DNA of 64,000 bases from an uncultured Bacteroidota bacterium (GTDB taxonomy: Bacteria > Bacteroidota > Bacteroidia > Chitinophagales > Saprospiraceae). Positions 62,698 through 64,000 of this stretch are shown here, in pieces. The translations under genes were made by a program, and so were the position numbers. The number at the start of each line of letters is the position of its first letter. Position 1 is the first letter of the stretch. The notes beneath the pieces are model-generated. The model made no database searches and was not told the origin of the DNA. It saw nothing but the letters and a program-made list of their open reading frames with translations. The stretch spans positions 39,062 to 103,061 of the forward strand of contig CAVVDK010000001.1 in the NCBI GenBank assembly GCA_963746925.1, written 5' to 3'.

Positions 62698-63966
62698 TTA
62701 TTCTTTTTTCGGTGTTTCCCGACCCTGTTGTGGTCCTCTTCCGGGCTTATTTCTACGATGGTGCTGTTTTGGGCGTTTTGGAGACTGCTCCTCGGTTCGC
62801 GCCGTATTGGAAGACTCCTGCTTGCCGCTATTGGAAGGATGATTCCTGGGTTTACGCCGTTTCTTCCGGCGACGCTTTTCTTCCGGAAGTTCAACGGCGC
62901 CGGTCACATCTCCGAAGTCCATTTCTACCATACCCTCTTCATCGGTCACTACTTCAGGCACCAGCAAGGCCTCAGGAAATTCGCCCCGGCGGTTCATAGC
63001 TTTCACTTCCTTGACGCGCGTCACCGGTACTGCGACAATATTGCTTTTGCCGCGATCGGTTTCATATGCATAATACATGAGGCGTTTAAAAATATCTGTC
63101 TTGATGAGTGTGGCCTTCTCTTTACTTGTCCTGAGCACTTCCACGTCATCGGGGAAATCCCGGATCGCGTCGAGATATGTGTCCAGTTCGTAGTTCAGGC
63201 AACATTTCAATCTGCCGCACTGTCCTGAGAGCTTGGTTTGGTTGATCGACAGATTTTGATACCGCGCTGCAGAAGTATTTACTGACTTAAAATCAGTCAG
63301 CCAGGTAGAGCAGCACAATTCACGACCACAGGATCCTAGTCCTCCGATGCGGCCGGACTCCTGACGGGCGCCAATCTGGCGCATTTCAATTTTCACCCTG
63401 AATTCTTTCGCGTAATGCCGCACGAGTTCGCGGAAGTCTATCCTGCCCTCAGCGGTATAGTAGAATGTTGCTTTACGCCCGTCGCCACGAAACTCCACAT
63501 CAGCGATTTTCATTTCAAGACCCAGCGTTCGGGCAATCGCACGTCCACGGATCAACACATCTTTTTCCACAGCACGAGCTTCAGACAGCCGTTGCAAATC
63601 CCTGTCATGAGCCTTGCGCACTACTGCATGCAGGAATCGCTCTTCAGAGACATTTTTCTTGCGCATTTGCAGGCGCACCATCTCGCCTGTAAGGCCGATG
63701 CGGCCGACATTGAAGCCATTGCCTTCATCGATGACAACCATATCTCCAGCGCTGACCTGCAGATATTCAGGGCAATGACAGAACTCCTTACGGGCGCCAT
63801 TTTTATAGCTGATTTCCACCACCTGGATTCCCGAAGGGTCATAAATATCCAGTGTTGCCAGCCAGTCATAAGTGTTGAGCCTGTTACATCCACCTGAGCT
63901 GCAATGCCCATTATTCTCACACCCTGCGGGTGATCCGTTTGCCGATCCACATGAGGCACATCCCAT
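62698..63966 (-). CDS. PSP1 C-terminal-domain protein (RicT/YaaT-like) with a Cys-rich N-terminal extension and a highly basic C-terminal tail.
   Basis: 422 aa. PSP1 blocks 'RIGGLGSCGRELCCSTWL', 'CGRLKCCLNYE'. N-terminus 'MGCASCGSANGSPAGCENNGHCSSGGC'. Arg/Lys-rich tail. Confidence 0.65.
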   Translation of the reverse strand: MGCASCGSANGSPAGCENNGHCSSGGCNRLNTYDWLATLDIYDPSGIQVVEISYKNGARKEFCHCPEYLQVSAGDMVVIDEGNGFNVGRIGLTGEMVRLQMRKKNVSEERFLHAVVRKAHDRDLQRLSEARAVEKDVLIRGRAIARTLGLEMKIADVEFRGDGRKATFYYTAEGRIDFRELVRHYAKEFRVKIEMRQIGARQESGRIGGLGSCGRELCCSTWLTDFKSVNTSAARYQNLSINQTKLSGQCGRLKCCLNYELDTYLDAIRDFPDDVEVLRTSKEKATLIKTDIFKRLMYYAYETDRGKSNIVAVPVTRVKEVKAMNRRGEFPEALLVPEVVTDEEGMVEMDFGDVTGAVELPEEKRRRKKRRKPRNHPSNSGKQESSNTARTEEQSPKRPKQHHRRNKPGRGPQQGRETPKKE

Positions 63967-64000
63967 CCTGATCTCTGTTTATGATATTGCGTGATCCACT

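Overview
This is a 64-kb chromosomal segment from a Bacteroidota genome. The phylum call rests on type IX secretion parts (PorP/SprF, type A and type B C-terminal sorting domains), OmpH/Skp genes, a four-helix-bundle protein gene and a TTTG/TAnnTTTG-type promoter; GC content is roughly 50%.

Positions 1-36,000 and 55,000-64,000 are ordinary, densely packed core genes, apparently intact. They include fumarylacetoacetase, an M14 carboxypeptidase, metF, an Lrp/AsnC regulator, metG, lnt, fumC, xerD, lptB, aroA, prs, rplY, an NfeD-flotillin pair, an M19 dipeptidase, a PLP-dependent decarboxylase, a patatin-like lipase, glgB, lpdA and a PSP1/RicT-family protein. A ribosomal cluster (rplM, rpsI, rpsB, tsf, pyrH) sits at 37.3-40.6 kb.

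The region from 36 to 55 kb is accessory-like and rich in repeats. It contains a four-helix-bundle protein gene flanked by palindromic modules built from 9-bp units. An IS3-family insertion sequence with a programmed -1 frameshift site has landed inside a CCCCAATCT tandem array. A 7-bp microsatellite lies nearby, and a tRNA-Cys is preceded by 2.8 copies of a 147-bp tandem repeat.

The same region holds several genes broken by frameshifts. These are a SprB-like giant adhesin with a type B C-terminal domain (~4.7 kb), a type A sorting-domain cargo gene, and a contiguous 5-kb stretch in which an anti-sigma-like gene, an ECF sigma factor, hutH, two OmpH genes and one of two tandem GT2 glycosyltransferase copies are all frameshifted. 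I found no CRISPR array or rRNA gene.

The main items worth follow-up are the repeat/IS/four-helix-bundle locus, the frameshift-dense patch, and the tRNA-Cys with its tandem repeat. From sequence alone I cannot tell whether the frameshift clustering is real gene decay or an artefact of assembly polishing.
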